A DNA stretch of 61,581 nt, the filler included. It is 9 parts of 9 records of this genome, joined end to end, with 100 filler letters (N's around TTAATTAATTAA, not from the genome) between each part and the next. Parts side by side here need not be neighbours in the genome. Positions count along the whole stretch, not along the records: positions 7,491 to 13,446 come from SRR31147125_13978; positions 13,547 to 20,670 come from SRR31147125_13988; positions 20,771 to 29,118 come from SRR31147125_14028; 6 more parts are not named here. One strand, written 5' to 3'. Shown here piece after piece: positions 11,248 through 20,988 of this stretch. Numbering within the stretch: position 1 is the stretch's first letter; every line of letters begins with the position of its first letter. Under the pieces are notes generated by a model, which was given only the letters and a program-made list of their open reading frames with translations, was not told the DNA's origin and ran no database searches. A program made the position numbers and the translations under genes.

Positions 11248-11489
11248 CAGCTACAGATTATACCTCAGCAGTTTTACAGGCGTCGGGATACGGTCCGCTT
11301 TTGCCGGATTCTGGCGCCTTGTCCCGTCGTCTCCTCTACACATTACAGTTGAAAAATGATCTGCTACAGGCTATAGAGCCTGTGTAGAAAGGCCCCGTTG
11401 ACCTGCATTCTCGACAGTGATCGTTGCGTACTCCGCTTACGTGTTAGTTCTGATTACAAGGTGATGCATTCAATATTCGGAGGAAATGT

Positions 11490-11840
11490 ATGACGGTTTT
11501 GGTAAGACTCGTAGTATGCTGTATGGTGGTTTTCTTCCTGTCCGGCTGTACCGGACAACCTGTCCGCCATCTGGCTTCCGATGCCAGCCTGATAACCCCC
11601 GGCGTGTCGACGCGCTCCGATGTGCTGACCTATCTCGGTGACCCGGACGAGCGGCAGGAAGAAGCGGGTGAGCCCGAGCGCTGGATCTACCGGGAGGAGT
11701 ATCGTTCGACCATGCAGCGAACGGTGGGAATCGGAAAATGGTTCGGGTCCGGAGATTTCAGCAGGATCATCGTCACCTTCGATGGTGAGATCGTGTCCGA
11801 TATTCGCTACAACGCGTCTGAAACCGGAGAGTTTGAGTAG
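11490..11840 (+). CDS. SmpA/BamE-like lipoprotein
   Basis: Lipobox LSGC; PGVSTRSDVLTYLGDP...WIY pattern; GGAGG RBS. Confidence 0.65.
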   Translation: MTVLVRLVVCCMVVFFLSGCTGQPVRHLASDASLITPGVSTRSDVLTYLGDPDERQEEAGEPERWIYREEYRSTMQRTVGIGKWFGSGDFSRIIVTFDGEIVSDIRYNASETGEFE

Positions 11841-11867
11841 TTCCGCAATGCAGGAAGAGAGCAGGAA

Positions 11868-12512
11868 GTGAAAGATAGATTTGCGACCATTCGAGACCGG
11901 ATGGTGCAGGAGCAGTTATACCCCCGTGGTATCATGGACACTTCCGTTCTCGATGCGATGCGCGAAGTACCGCGCCATTTGTTTGTGGATGATGCGCTGC
12001 AGTCCCGTGCCTACGGGGATTTTCCTCTCCCGATTGCCGCCGGCCAGACCATCTCGCAGCCCTATATTGTCGCGTTGATGACCCAGTCCCTGAGGCTGAC
12101 CGGTGTTGAACGGGTGCTTGAAATCGGTACGGGGTCCGGCTATCAGGCCGCCGTCCTGTCCCGCCTCAGTTCCAAAGTATACACTGTCGAGCGCATCAAC
12201 GTGCTGCTTGCCGGTGCCCGCCGCGTGTTCGACAAGCTCAGGTATTTCAATATCGTCGCAAAACTTGACGACGGAACCCTCGGGTGGCCCGAGAACGGCC
12301 CCTACGACGCGATTATGGTGACTGCGGGAGGCCCTGAAGTTCCGCAACCCTTGGTCAATCAGCTGAGTGACAACGGCAGGCTGGTGATCCCGGTGGGGGA
12401 TCAGCGCCTGCAGGTACTCCAGCTGGTGGAAAGAAAAGGGGACGAGGTCGTTGTTCAGGAACTCGAAAAAGTCCGTTTCGTAGACCTGGTGGGAGAACAT
12501 GGCTGGCGCTGA
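11868..12512 (+). CDS. pcm: protein-L-isoaspartate O-methyltransferase
   Basis: VPRHLFV, GQTISQPY, VLEIGTGSGYQAA, PYDAIMVTA, GRLVIPVG. Confidence 0.97.
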   Translation: MKDRFATIRDRMVQEQLYPRGIMDTSVLDAMREVPRHLFVDDALQSRAYGDFPLPIAAGQTISQPYIVALMTQSLRLTGVERVLEIGTGSGYQAAVLSRLSSKVYTVERINVLLAGARRVFDKLRYFNIVAKLDDGTLGWPENGPYDAIMVTAGGPEVPQPLVNQLSDNGRLVIPVGDQRLQVLQLVERKGDEVVVQELEKVRFVDLVGEHGWR

Positions 12513-13116
12513 CCAATCGGTGAAGAAACCCAATATTGTCAAACGGCTCTATGATTATTGCATGGAGTGGATTGCCGGCCCTTACGGCACCCTGACGCTG
12601 TTTATCATTGCGTTCGTAGAGTCATCATTCTTCCCGATTCCGCCTGATGTGTTTCTCATCGCGATGTGCATATCGGCGCCGACCAGGGCCTTTAAATACG
12701 CAGCTGTCTGTGCTGCGGGGTCGGTGTTCGGGGGGGCGTTCGGCTATGGGCTGGGGCTCTGGTTCATGGATTCGGTGGGGCAGCAGATTATTGCCTTGTA
12801 TGGTCTTGAGCACAAGTACGATCAAGTCCAGCACCTGTACCAGACCTACGATGTCTGGGCAGTCGGGGCTGCCGGTTTCACGCCCCTGCCGTATAAGCTG
12901 TTCACCATCACCGCCGGCGCCTTTGAACTGAATTTCACCACCTTCATCCTGGCTTCGCTGGTGTCGAGATCAGCCCGTTTTTTCCTCGTGGCCGCATTCA
13001 TTTGGAAATTCGGTGCTCCGGTGAAGGCGTATATCGACAAGTATTTCAATATCATTACCATCGTTTTTATGATCCTGCTGATCGGCGGTTTCGTGCTGGT
13101 AAAATACCTGCTCTGA
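12499..13116 (+). CDS. yqaA: YqaA/DedA family membrane protein
   Basis: FVESSFFPIPPD, GFTPLPYKLFTI, SRSARFF; usual position after pcm. Confidence 0.88.
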   Translation: MAGADQSVKKPNIVKRLYDYCMEWIAGPYGTLTLFIIAFVESSFFPIPPDVFLIAMCISAPTRAFKYAAVCAAGSVFGGAFGYGLGLWFMDSVGQQIIALYGLEHKYDQVQHLYQTYDVWAVGAAGFTPLPYKLFTITAGAFELNFTTFILASLVSRSARFFLVAAFIWKFGAPVKAYIDKYFNIITIVFMILLIGGFVLVKYLL

Positions 13117-13217
13117 ACCGATCGGTGTCCGGGGCAGGTCCTGCTTTAGCAGGGGCTTCATTTGTGGTATAATGAAGACCGAAACGCAGTCCACTGTCAC
13201 CACTTACGGTTGCCGCG

Positions 13218-13446
13218 ATGATACGAGTTGCACTTCCACATATCCTCATAGTTCTGCTGCTTACCCCTGCTGCATACGCGCATCAACTGCACCTGAAAAA
13301 CGGGGCCGTCATCGACACCGATTCCATCGTCAGGGATGGTAAACATCTGAGTTATCAGCAGTTCGGAGGCATGATCACGATTGATCTCTCCGAGGTTGAA
13401 AAGATTGAATACGCCCGGCGCCCCTCCGGTTCGGCCGGCCCGCCGC
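13218..13446 (+). CDS. secreted hypothetical protein, 3' truncated
   Basis: Signal peptide ending AYA, then LHLKNGAVI...IDLSEVEKIE; runs into the linker. Confidence 0.6.
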
Positions 13447-13546
13447 NNNNNNNNNNNNNNNNNNNNNNNNNNNNNNNNNNNNNNNNNNNNTTAATTAATT
13501 AANNNNNNNNNNNNNNNNNNNNNNNNNNNNNNNNNNNNNNNNNNNN
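13447..13546. other. artificial contig linker
   Basis: N44-TTAATTAATTAA-N44. Confidence 0.99.
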
Positions 13547-13615
13547 GGGGGCCGGGGAGAGGTTATGTCGCCAACCCGACAACTTAAACTTGAAGTAACA
13601 TTAGAAGACTATTTC

Positions 13616-15898
13616 TTAGAAAAAAGGCATTTCCCTTTTCTCCAAAGTGGCGCGCAACATGTTCCGCCTGAGCTGACGTGTCAACCGCTTCCCCTGATGC
13701 AGATAAAGCGGCACCGGAAATCGACCGGGCAGACCGTTTTCCATAAAATCACGACAGGCCCCGATACCGACACCGGTCATGCGGGAGAGAATGTTCGCCC
13801 CATCAAACAACCCGTGCCCCTTGGAGGGTTTTTCGATGTAAAGGGAATACTCGGCCGGAAAAAGCGCTCCCTTCTCCACCCGCTGAATCCCCTGGATGGT
13901 GGCCAGCACGACCAATCGATCGCCGATCTCAAGGGCGGTGTCGTTGGGAGGAAGCCAGATGGGCGTTCGGCAGCCGCTTTTCATGATCATCAAAGGCTGC
14001 ACACCATATCCGCAGGAAAAGGTTACCAGTACTTTGCCGTTCAACGAATCCCCTTGCTCCACACAATACTCGGTGACCAGCACCGTTTTTCCCCCAATGC
14101 GAAAGAGGGTCGGTACTTTTTCTCCAAAAGCCGATGCCGCAAAGGCTTCGGCAGCCAGGGAAGATGCCGAGAGCACCTGGGCTTCAGGCCAGATTCGTGC
14201 CAAATGATGGCTGAAACGTGCGTCGTAGGTACGGATAACCAGGCGGATATCAGGGCGGATACTCCGGGCCAGAAGGCCGATCTCCAGATTGGCCAACTCA
14301 TCCCGGGAGAGGGAGACCAGACTGGATGCGGTCTGCAAATTGGCATTATTCAGGCACGTCTCAAAGCCCTCGTTATTTTGACTGATGGTGGGGATTTTCT
14401 CCTCATTTTCATCATCAAAGGGGATGCCGATAAGGGGGATGCCGAATGAATTCAGTTGGCCGGTCACCTCTTTTCCTATCCGCCGAAGGCCGAAGAGAAT
14501 CACGTGATCTTTGGAGGGAAGCGGGGTTGCCCTTCCAAATCGAAACCGGGTACTCAAGAGATACTGGGTAATGACCGCATAGATGAGTCCCATGAAGACC
14601 GTGCCGCTCATGGTGAGCAGTAGCCCCATGAGACGTAGCCACCATGGAATCTCCAGGGAAAATGAGAGTTCCGACCCCAACAGATCGGAATAACCACCCA
14701 GAAGAAGTACTACCGCGTCGTAGACGGCATCCTGTGTTGAGATCTCCGGGGCAAAGAAACGAAACAGCACCGCACCGGTGAATAGAAGCAGCAGAATGAC
14801 ACCGCTGGAGAAGAGGGCCACCCGGCGGACGTGATCCACCCAGATCCAATTTACCGTCCATTGGATGGTAACCGTGAAGAATTTGCGACACCGACTGTAA
14901 AGATCTGCTCTAAAGCGTTTAATGGGGTGACGCCGTTCAGCGATGAATCCAGTTCCGGCTTTTCCCCGGATGTCGACGCCCTCCTTCATTGTTTCATTAT
15001 CAGGTTGAGTGCCCCCCATCTCTCTTCGATCACGATCAGAAAGGATGCGGGACATCCGGTTTTCCTCCAGCAGAAACCGTGACGCAATTCGGCCGGGGTT
15101 TCGAGTGATTTCAAGGGTGATCACCCCGTCATTCTCTCCGACCTTATCATCCGGATCCCATTGAAAGAGATCTTGGAACGCCCCGGGATCTTCTTTGTTT
15201 TGATCGCCCTCCCCCCTTCCGACTTCATGGACAATGACGCTGGAGAGGCGGGTGTTAAAAAATGAGAGGGGATGCCCGGTCAGCTCAGGATGTATGGCGG
15301 ATGATCTGCGCACTACCTGGACATATTCCCCCTCTAAAGGAAAGCAGGCCATGAGGGCATCCCCCATGGCAGCCAGAGCAAAGGCAGGGGCCGACAGTTT
15401 CGACGGCTCAAAGGCGACAAAGTTACCCAGCTGCTCGGAAAGTAGATTGTTAAGCCCTTCCTTATTGCAGCGCATGACAATGCGGATGGTGGGGGAGAGC
15501 AACCGAACGGCCATGGCCGTATCGATATTGACTCGGTCACTGCTGGTGACGAGAAGGGCGGCCCGGCACCGGGTCACATCGGCCTGAAGAAGCGTTGCAT
15601 TGTTCCGGCAGTCACCGATATGGAGCTGCTCCAGCATCTCTTCCAGATCGTCGAACTCCCAGTAAGCCTTGGGCGACGACTCGATGGCACTGACCCGGAC
15701 CCCGAATGCCGAAAGCTCGTTGACGCAATACTGCCCAAGGCTTCCCATTCCGCAAACCAGAAATCGATCCGCGTCACCCTGTTTTTCACTCTCTTTTAGT
15801 TTACTGCCACTGACTTTGCTCCCCTTGATCTCACTCGTATGGATTGTCCGATTCTCTATCCCATGCCCTTTTATCTCACTGTCCCGGATCGCCCTCAC
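13616..15898 (-). CDS. potassium-channel-family protein with N- and C-terminal TrkA/RCK domains
   Basis: FLVCGMGSLG (TrkA-N), central 2-TM channel segment with pore LLLGGYSD, second RCK HVILFGLRRIG, TrkA-C LEIGDRLVVL. Confidence 0.8.
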   Translation of the reverse strand: MRAIRDSEIKGHGIENRTIHTSEIKGSKVSGSKLKESEKQGDADRFLVCGMGSLGQYCVNELSAFGVRVSAIESSPKAYWEFDDLEEMLEQLHIGDCRNNATLLQADVTRCRAALLVTSSDRVNIDTAMAVRLLSPTIRIVMRCNKEGLNNLLSEQLGNFVAFEPSKLSAPAFALAAMGDALMACFPLEGEYVQVVRRSSAIHPELTGHPLSFFNTRLSSVIVHEVGRGEGDQNKEDPGAFQDLFQWDPDDKVGENDGVITLEITRNPGRIASRFLLEENRMSRILSDRDRREMGGTQPDNETMKEGVDIRGKAGTGFIAERRHPIKRFRADLYSRCRKFFTVTIQWTVNWIWVDHVRRVALFSSGVILLLLFTGAVLFRFFAPEISTQDAVYDAVVLLLGGYSDLLGSELSFSLEIPWWLRLMGLLLTMSGTVFMGLIYAVITQYLLSTRFRFGRATPLPSKDHVILFGLRRIGKEVTGQLNSFGIPLIGIPFDDENEEKIPTISQNNEGFETCLNNANLQTASSLVSLSRDELANLEIGLLARSIRPDIRLVIRTYDARFSHHLARIWPEAQVLSASSLAAEAFAASAFGEKVPTLFRIGGKTVLVTEYCVEQGDSLNGKVLVTFSCGYGVQPLMIMKSGCRTPIWLPPNDTALEIGDRLVVLATIQGIQRVEKGALFPAEYSLYIEKPSKGHGLFDGANILSRMTGVGIGACRDFMENGLPGRFPVPLYLHQGKRLTRQLRRNMLRATLEKREMPFF

Positions 15899-15905
15899 TC
15901 GGATA

Positions 15906-18233
15906 TCAGTTCCTCAGCTGGATGGAATCGACATAGCCGATGACGCCGTTTTTCAGATGGGCGGCATTGGCCTCATCGGTATCGATGTGCATGAAGAGTT
16001 TGAAGTCGGGATGGACACGCACCAGGACATCTCCGAAAATGAGCTCCCGGTCACCCGGCACCGTTACCCGCACGATATCCTTGTCTTTCAGGCCCATCTT
16101 CAGGGCATCTTCAGGGGACATGTGGATGTGGCGCATGGCGCAGATCACCCCTTTTTCGATGGGAACCCGTCCCTTGGGGCCTTCCAAAGTGATGCCCGGA
16201 GTTCCGTCGAGATCTCCCGACTCCCGGATGGGAGGATGGATACCGAGCTTGTACTGCTCGGTCATGGAGATTTCCACCTGTGTCTCCTTACGGGTGGGAC
16301 CGAGCACCCGAACATTGTCCACCCGCCCTTTGGGACCGATAAGGTTCACCTTCTCTTCACAGGCATAAGCGACCGGGATACCCAGATCCTTCCGTTTGGT
16401 AAGCGCGTGCCCCGATCCGAACAGTGCTTCCACGTGTTCCTGGGAAAGGTGAATGTGATGCGCCGACACCTCAATGGTGACGGGCGTCGGCTGCTGGGAT
16501 TTCATGATACCGACGACGTGTTGCCGCTCCAGAGCCGCCAAGGTATCCCTGGCGATCATTCGCTCCTCATCTGCAGGGATGACCAGAATCTTCACCCGAG
16601 AGTTTTCAGCCGAGATCTCACAGATCTCTTTGAATCCTTGGGCATTGCGGTTCTTTTCTTCATCGAGGACGATGCCCATTCCGGCCAGTCCCTGGCAGGC
16701 CAGGCTTCGCACCAATACACTCCCCTGACCGATGCCGCCGGTAAAAACCAGCACATCCAACCCCTCCATGGCCGCGACATAGGACCCAATATATTTCCGA
16801 ACCCGATAGGCATAGGTCTTGATGGTGAGCATGGCCCGGTGGTTTCCCTCTTCAGCTGCAGCCTCGATCTCCCGCATATCGCTGGAAACACCGGAGAGTC
16901 CGAGCAATCCGCTTTTTTTATTGAGCAGCTCACTCAGCGCATCATGGCCCATGCCCTCATGCTTCATGAGATGAAGTAAAATTCCGGGATCGAGATCCCC
17001 GCACCGGGTCCCCATGATCACCCCCTCAAGGGGTGAAAACCCCATGGTGGTATCCACCGAACGCCCATGGTCGATGCCGCAAATGGAGGATCCACTGCCC
17101 AAATGGCACACAATGGTTTCCAGTTTATTGAAGGTTTTTTTAAGGTACTGGGCCGCCATGAGAGAGGCGTATTTGTGGGAGCTGCCATGGTAACCGTATC
17201 GCCGAAATCCCTTTTCTTCGTAAAATTCATAGGGAAGTGCGTAAAGATAGGCAAACGGAGGAACGGTGCTATGGAATGAGCTGTCAAATACGGTGACATG
17301 GATCGCCTCGGGCAACAATTTTTGAGCCAGTCGAATCCCCGCAATGATGGGAGGATTGTGGATGGGAAAAATCGAGGTGAATTTTTCCATATCCGCAATC
17401 AGCGCTTCGGTGATGGTCACCGCCCCTCTATGGTTTACGCCGCCCAAGGTGTTTCGATGGGCCACGGAGACTATTTCGGAGAGGCTCTCCACCGCCCCCA
17501 TGTTTTTGTCGCAAAGAATCTCCAACATGGCGCTGAAGGCCTTGTCGTGTGTGCTCTTTTCAATCTCACGCTCAACATGTCCCCGGGATGAGGTATAGGA
17601 TAGTACGGAATCTTCCAATCCAATCCGCTCCACCACGCCTTTAAAGAAACGATCCGGCGCCATGGTATCATAGAGATTGAACTTCAGGGAAGACGATCCG
17701 CAATTGATCACCAGAAGCTTCATGGGCTCCTCCGTTGTCAGATCCAATCCGTATGGATCATCGCTGTTGGCCAGAGCCGTCTGTTTCAGGGTTTCCTTTC
17801 CGTTACTTTCTGCGGCTTGCTTCACATGATCCACCAACACCTTGGAAAGATAGCGCAACGTACGGGGTTTGGATGCAATGATGCTTGAAAAGAGAGACTG
17901 GGGGATGAGAAGGGCCTTGGCCGTCTTACTGCAAATGCAATCGGTCAGGCTCGGCTCCCCGGTCATCATTGCCGCTTCCCCAAAGGGGGCACCCGCACCG
18001 ATGGTGTGGAGAATCTCTCGATCGCCGGTATCCCGTGTCACGGAGAGCTCCGCCTCTCCCTGCAGGATCACGCCAAGGAATTTCGCTTTTTCCCCAAACT
18101 CAATCATAAATTCATTGGGATCGTATGAGGCGACCTTGGATCCCGCCACCACTTCCGTCAATTCATCCTCTTTAAAATATTGAAACAGCTCCACGTCGTT
18201 TTTCAGAAATGCAGCCACCGCATCGGGTTTCAT
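15906..18233 (-). CDS. ackA: fusion: cNMP-binding domain + acetate/propionate kinase + PduL phosphotransacylase
   Basis: N-terminal cNMP domain (LFQYF, EFGE, FGEAAMMTGEP); AckA motifs LVINCGSSSLKF, HNP, YGYHGSSH, DTTMGFSPLEG, GTRCGD, FTGGIG, DEE; PduL motifs EVSAHHIHL, VLGPTRKETQVEIS, RHIHM, MHIDTDEANAA. Confidence 0.92.
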   Translation of the reverse strand: MKPDAVAAFLKNDVELFQYFKEDELTEVVAGSKVASYDPNEFMIEFGEKAKFLGVILQGEAELSVTRDTGDREILHTIGAGAPFGEAAMMTGEPSLTDCICSKTAKALLIPQSLFSSIIASKPRTLRYLSKVLVDHVKQAAESNGKETLKQTALANSDDPYGLDLTTEEPMKLLVINCGSSSLKFNLYDTMAPDRFFKGVVERIGLEDSVLSYTSSRGHVEREIEKSTHDKAFSAMLEILCDKNMGAVESLSEIVSVAHRNTLGGVNHRGAVTITEALIADMEKFTSIFPIHNPPIIAGIRLAQKLLPEAIHVTVFDSSFHSTVPPFAYLYALPYEFYEEKGFRRYGYHGSSHKYASLMAAQYLKKTFNKLETIVCHLGSGSSICGIDHGRSVDTTMGFSPLEGVIMGTRCGDLDPGILLHLMKHEGMGHDALSELLNKKSGLLGLSGVSSDMREIEAAAEEGNHRAMLTIKTYAYRVRKYIGSYVAAMEGLDVLVFTGGIGQGSVLVRSLACQGLAGMGIVLDEEKNRNAQGFKEICEISAENSRVKILVIPADEERMIARDTLAALERQHVVGIMKSQQPTPVTIEVSAHHIHLSQEHVEALFGSGHALTKRKDLGIPVAYACEEKVNLIGPKGRVDNVRVLGPTRKETQVEISMTEQYKLGIHPPIRESGDLDGTPGITLEGPKGRVPIEKGVICAMRHIHMSPEDALKMGLKDKDIVRVTVPGDRELIFGDVLVRVHPDFKLFMHIDTDEANAAHLKNGVIGYVDSIQLRN

Positions 18234-18254
18234 CGATCAATTCTCCTTAGGTAA

Positions 18255-20429
18255 TTAAGATGCCAAGACCTTCTCTATCTCTGTCATGAGTTCGGCTTCG
18301 GCATCATGCATCACCTCATCGGCCATGGCTATCTTTTTAGCGATCTCCAATGCTTCAGCCCGATCCTTGTCATTGGTCAATAGCTTGGAAAGGGCGGAAA
18401 TGGCTTTTACCGGATCGGTCTGAAGAATCCGAGACTGCTCTTTTACCTTCTCCCGAAAGTCAGCGACCCGGACGAATCTCAGTCTGGGATTTTGTTTAAC
18501 GACCTTTTCTGCGGCGATGTACTCTCGTTTATCAAAGGAATGATCTGCGCCTGAGATAGCCAGCATGATACGGATAGCCCCTTCGGCAAATCCGCCCTCT
18601 TCCATCTTTTCCATCCAGTTGACGGCATCGGCAGCCTGCTTTTCAGCGACCGCTTTTTGGGCTTCGCTTTTTTTCTCTGCTGCGCCCTTTTCATCGGTTT
18701 CCGAGAGAGTTGAACGATCAGATGCCGCAGCACCCGGTATCAGCCATCCCAAGAAAGGATTGTCGTAAAGCAGATAAAAGAGCTTTTCCTGTTGAATATC
18801 ACGGCCGTCTCTATACGTATTTAAGTTATCGACAATATCCCTACCGATTTTTTCCTCATGTTTTTTGAAGGAATTCCCCTCTTCCAGGGGGGATCGGTTT
18901 TCTTTGATTGTTTCAGCCCAAGCGCTCAGGGGCCACATAAACGGGTTGAGATCGGAAAAGAGGTAGCGCTGGACCCGTTGAGGGTTGAGTTGCTTGATCA
19001 CCTCGGCAGTGGGCGGAGTCACCATGGCTCTGACCCAAGGACGGACGAAACTCTTGTAGCATTCGACATTGAACTCCGACACCTTGGCCAACACCTCGAA
19101 TCCCTTTTCGTCTTCCTGACCGTCGTCAAACGCCAGAATATCCGAAATATCCCGCTCTTCGTAGGTGACGTTGTAATCGGTGATGCCAAGGGCCCCCTCT
19201 TTTTCCGTCATCACCATCTCGTAAAGTCCCGGCTGGAGAAACTCCACCATGTCGAGGCCGGAGATAATCTCCTTATGCTCCTTGTTGGCTACGGATGCAG
19301 AAACAAAAATCCCCAGATGACCGATTTTTTCGTGTACCCGGTAGACAATCACCTGTTTGTGTCGTTTGATCTCATCCACCGTGCCGTAAACCCCGGCAAT
19401 CCAATTGAGGGCCTGCTGAGGCGGAGTGATGTTGTCTCCCTCGGAGGCAAAGACCACCATGGGATCTTCTAAATTTTTCAAAGACAGCGCCCGTTCGTCA
19501 TCAAGGGAAAGCTCTCCGTTTGCCAACTTGTTGCCCACAAAAAGATTTTCCACAATAAAAGCGATCTCTTCGCCAGTCATGCTGAAAAAGCCGCCCCACC
19601 ACTTCTCGAAATCGAGGTAGCGTTTCTCTTCGATGTCGATTTTATTATAGAGATTGTACTGCTTTGTCCAAAAGGTGTTGGCGGGATTGAGATCTTCGAA
19701 GTTGGAGACAAGGTGAGCCCCGTCAAAGGTACCGGCACCAAGGTCACTAAAGAGAAGTGCCATCCACGCCCCACCAAGAAGTCCTCCACGATACCGCATG
19801 GCGTTGCCACCCTCCACCCCGGACCAATAGGAAAGGGGAGAGCCGTTTATCACCATAGGGCCGGTGAGATCGGGTCGATCCGCACCCAACATGGCAATGG
19901 CCCATCCTGCCTGACAGTTCCCGATCACCGCCGGCTCCTGGGATTTGGGATGCAGTTTTCCCACCTCTTCTATAAAAATGGCCTCGGCTTTTTCCACATC
20001 AGCCAATGTCTGTCCCGGCTCGGGATCGGGATAAAAAAGGACAAAGTAGACCGGATGGCCGTTCTCGAAAGCCTTGCCGATCTCCGAGTCCCTTTTGGAA
20101 CCGCCGATTCCCGGGCCGTGTCCGGCTCTTGGATCGATCACCACCACCGGTCGTTTTTTTGGATCAATTATCACATCATCGGGTGGTGAGATCCGTGCAA
20201 GGGCGTAGTTCACCGGCCGCTCAAGTGTACGGCCCTCCATGATCACCTCGTAATCAAAGGCAAGTACCGGCGGTTGTCCTTCTGCCACATGCTCCAGATA
20301 TTGGTTGCCTCGCTTTCTCATGACATCCCAAAAAAGAATGCTGCGCTGCGCGGAATCGACCATATAATCGCTCCACTCTTTGAACCAGTTACCGGCTTCC
20401 CAATTCTCCGTCGTTGTCTGTTCCACCAT
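18255..20429 (-). CDS. DUF3141 family alpha/beta hydrolase (PhaC-like) with TerB-like C-terminus
   Basis: QRSILFWDVMRKRGN, IDPRAGHGPGIGG, GNCQAGW lipase box, GDNITPPQQAL, GHLGIFVS; GGAGG RBS. Confidence 0.85.
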   Translation of the reverse strand: MVEQTTTENWEAGNWFKEWSDYMVDSAQRSILFWDVMRKRGNQYLEHVAEGQPPVLAFDYEVIMEGRTLERPVNYALARISPPDDVIIDPKKRPVVVIDPRAGHGPGIGGSKRDSEIGKAFENGHPVYFVLFYPDPEPGQTLADVEKAEAIFIEEVGKLHPKSQEPAVIGNCQAGWAIAMLGADRPDLTGPMVINGSPLSYWSGVEGGNAMRYRGGLLGGAWMALLFSDLGAGTFDGAHLVSNFEDLNPANTFWTKQYNLYNKIDIEEKRYLDFEKWWGGFFSMTGEEIAFIVENLFVGNKLANGELSLDDERALSLKNLEDPMVVFASEGDNITPPQQALNWIAGVYGTVDEIKRHKQVIVYRVHEKIGHLGIFVSASVANKEHKEIISGLDMVEFLQPGLYEMVMTEKEGALGITDYNVTYEERDISDILAFDDGQEDEKGFEVLAKVSEFNVECYKSFVRPWVRAMVTPPTAEVIKQLNPQRVQRYLFSDLNPFMWPLSAWAETIKENRSPLEEGNSFKKHEEKIGRDIVDNLNTYRDGRDIQQEKLFYLLYDNPFLGWLIPGAAASDRSTLSETDEKGAAEKKSEAQKAVAEKQAADAVNWMEKMEEGGFAEGAIRIMLAISGADHSFDKREYIAAEKVVKQNPRLRFVRVADFREKVKEQSRILQTDPVKAISALSKLLTNDKDRAEALEIAKKIAMADEVMHDAEAELMTEIEKVLAS

Positions 20430-20670
20430 TTTTCACCTCCCTAATAAAGATTATCTTATATCAATTTTTTCAATCCCTTCAAAAAAGGCATCCTATACTA
20501 ATAAGATTAGTCGGATATTAAGATTCGACAAAGAATCTGTTATATTTTATGTTTCAATTTAACCAAACGAGCAACCTTGCAGTGCAGCAATCCATCTCCA
20601 ATCCCTTCATGAGCAGCTACGACACCCAACGCGTTCAAATAATGTTTAGGAATCGGTTTTTAATAACTTG

Positions 20671-20770
20671 NNNNNNNNNNNNNNNNNNNNNNNNNNNNNN
20701 NNNNNNNNNNNNNNTTAATTAATTAANNNNNNNNNNNNNNNNNNNNNNNNNNNNNNNNNNNNNNNNNNNN
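20671..20770. other. artificial contig linker
   Basis: N44-TTAATTAATTAA-N44. Confidence 0.99.
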
Positions 20771-20771
20771 C

Positions 20772-20988
20772 CCCAAGCATACCCGGAACGGCCCCTGCGG
20801 GGGGAGCAACGACGGCCGGTGCGAGGTCTACCCGGACAAATCATGCATCTGGGTCCGGGCCTATGACCGCCTTAAACAGGCCGGAGAACTTTCGACCTTT
20901 CTGGAAGACCGGGTCCCCCCGGAACTGGGAGCTGAACAAAACATCCTCCTGGGTGAACTTCCACCTGGACCGGGACCACCAGAAATAA
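20772..20988 (+). CDS. methylenetetrahydrofolate reductase C-terminal (MetV-like Cys-rich) domain fragment; 5' truncated, frameshift in a C-run
   Basis: Not in the ORF track. Reads PKHTRNGPCGGSNDGRCEVYPDKSCIWVRAYDRLK...RVPP, then after a shift RNWELNKTSSWVNFHLDRDHQK*. Confidence 0.75.

Noticed and set aside
11275-11390. Hairpins downstream of htpG as a structured ncRNA
   Set aside because: Imperfect stems with no recognisable family motif; more likely terminator or promoter sequence.
13565-16979. Long plus-strand ORFs (13565-14449, 15669-16979), and similarly 7912-8562, 9976-10746, 11916-12542
   Set aside because: Antisense shadows of well-supported genes in GC-rich DNA, with no motifs of their own.
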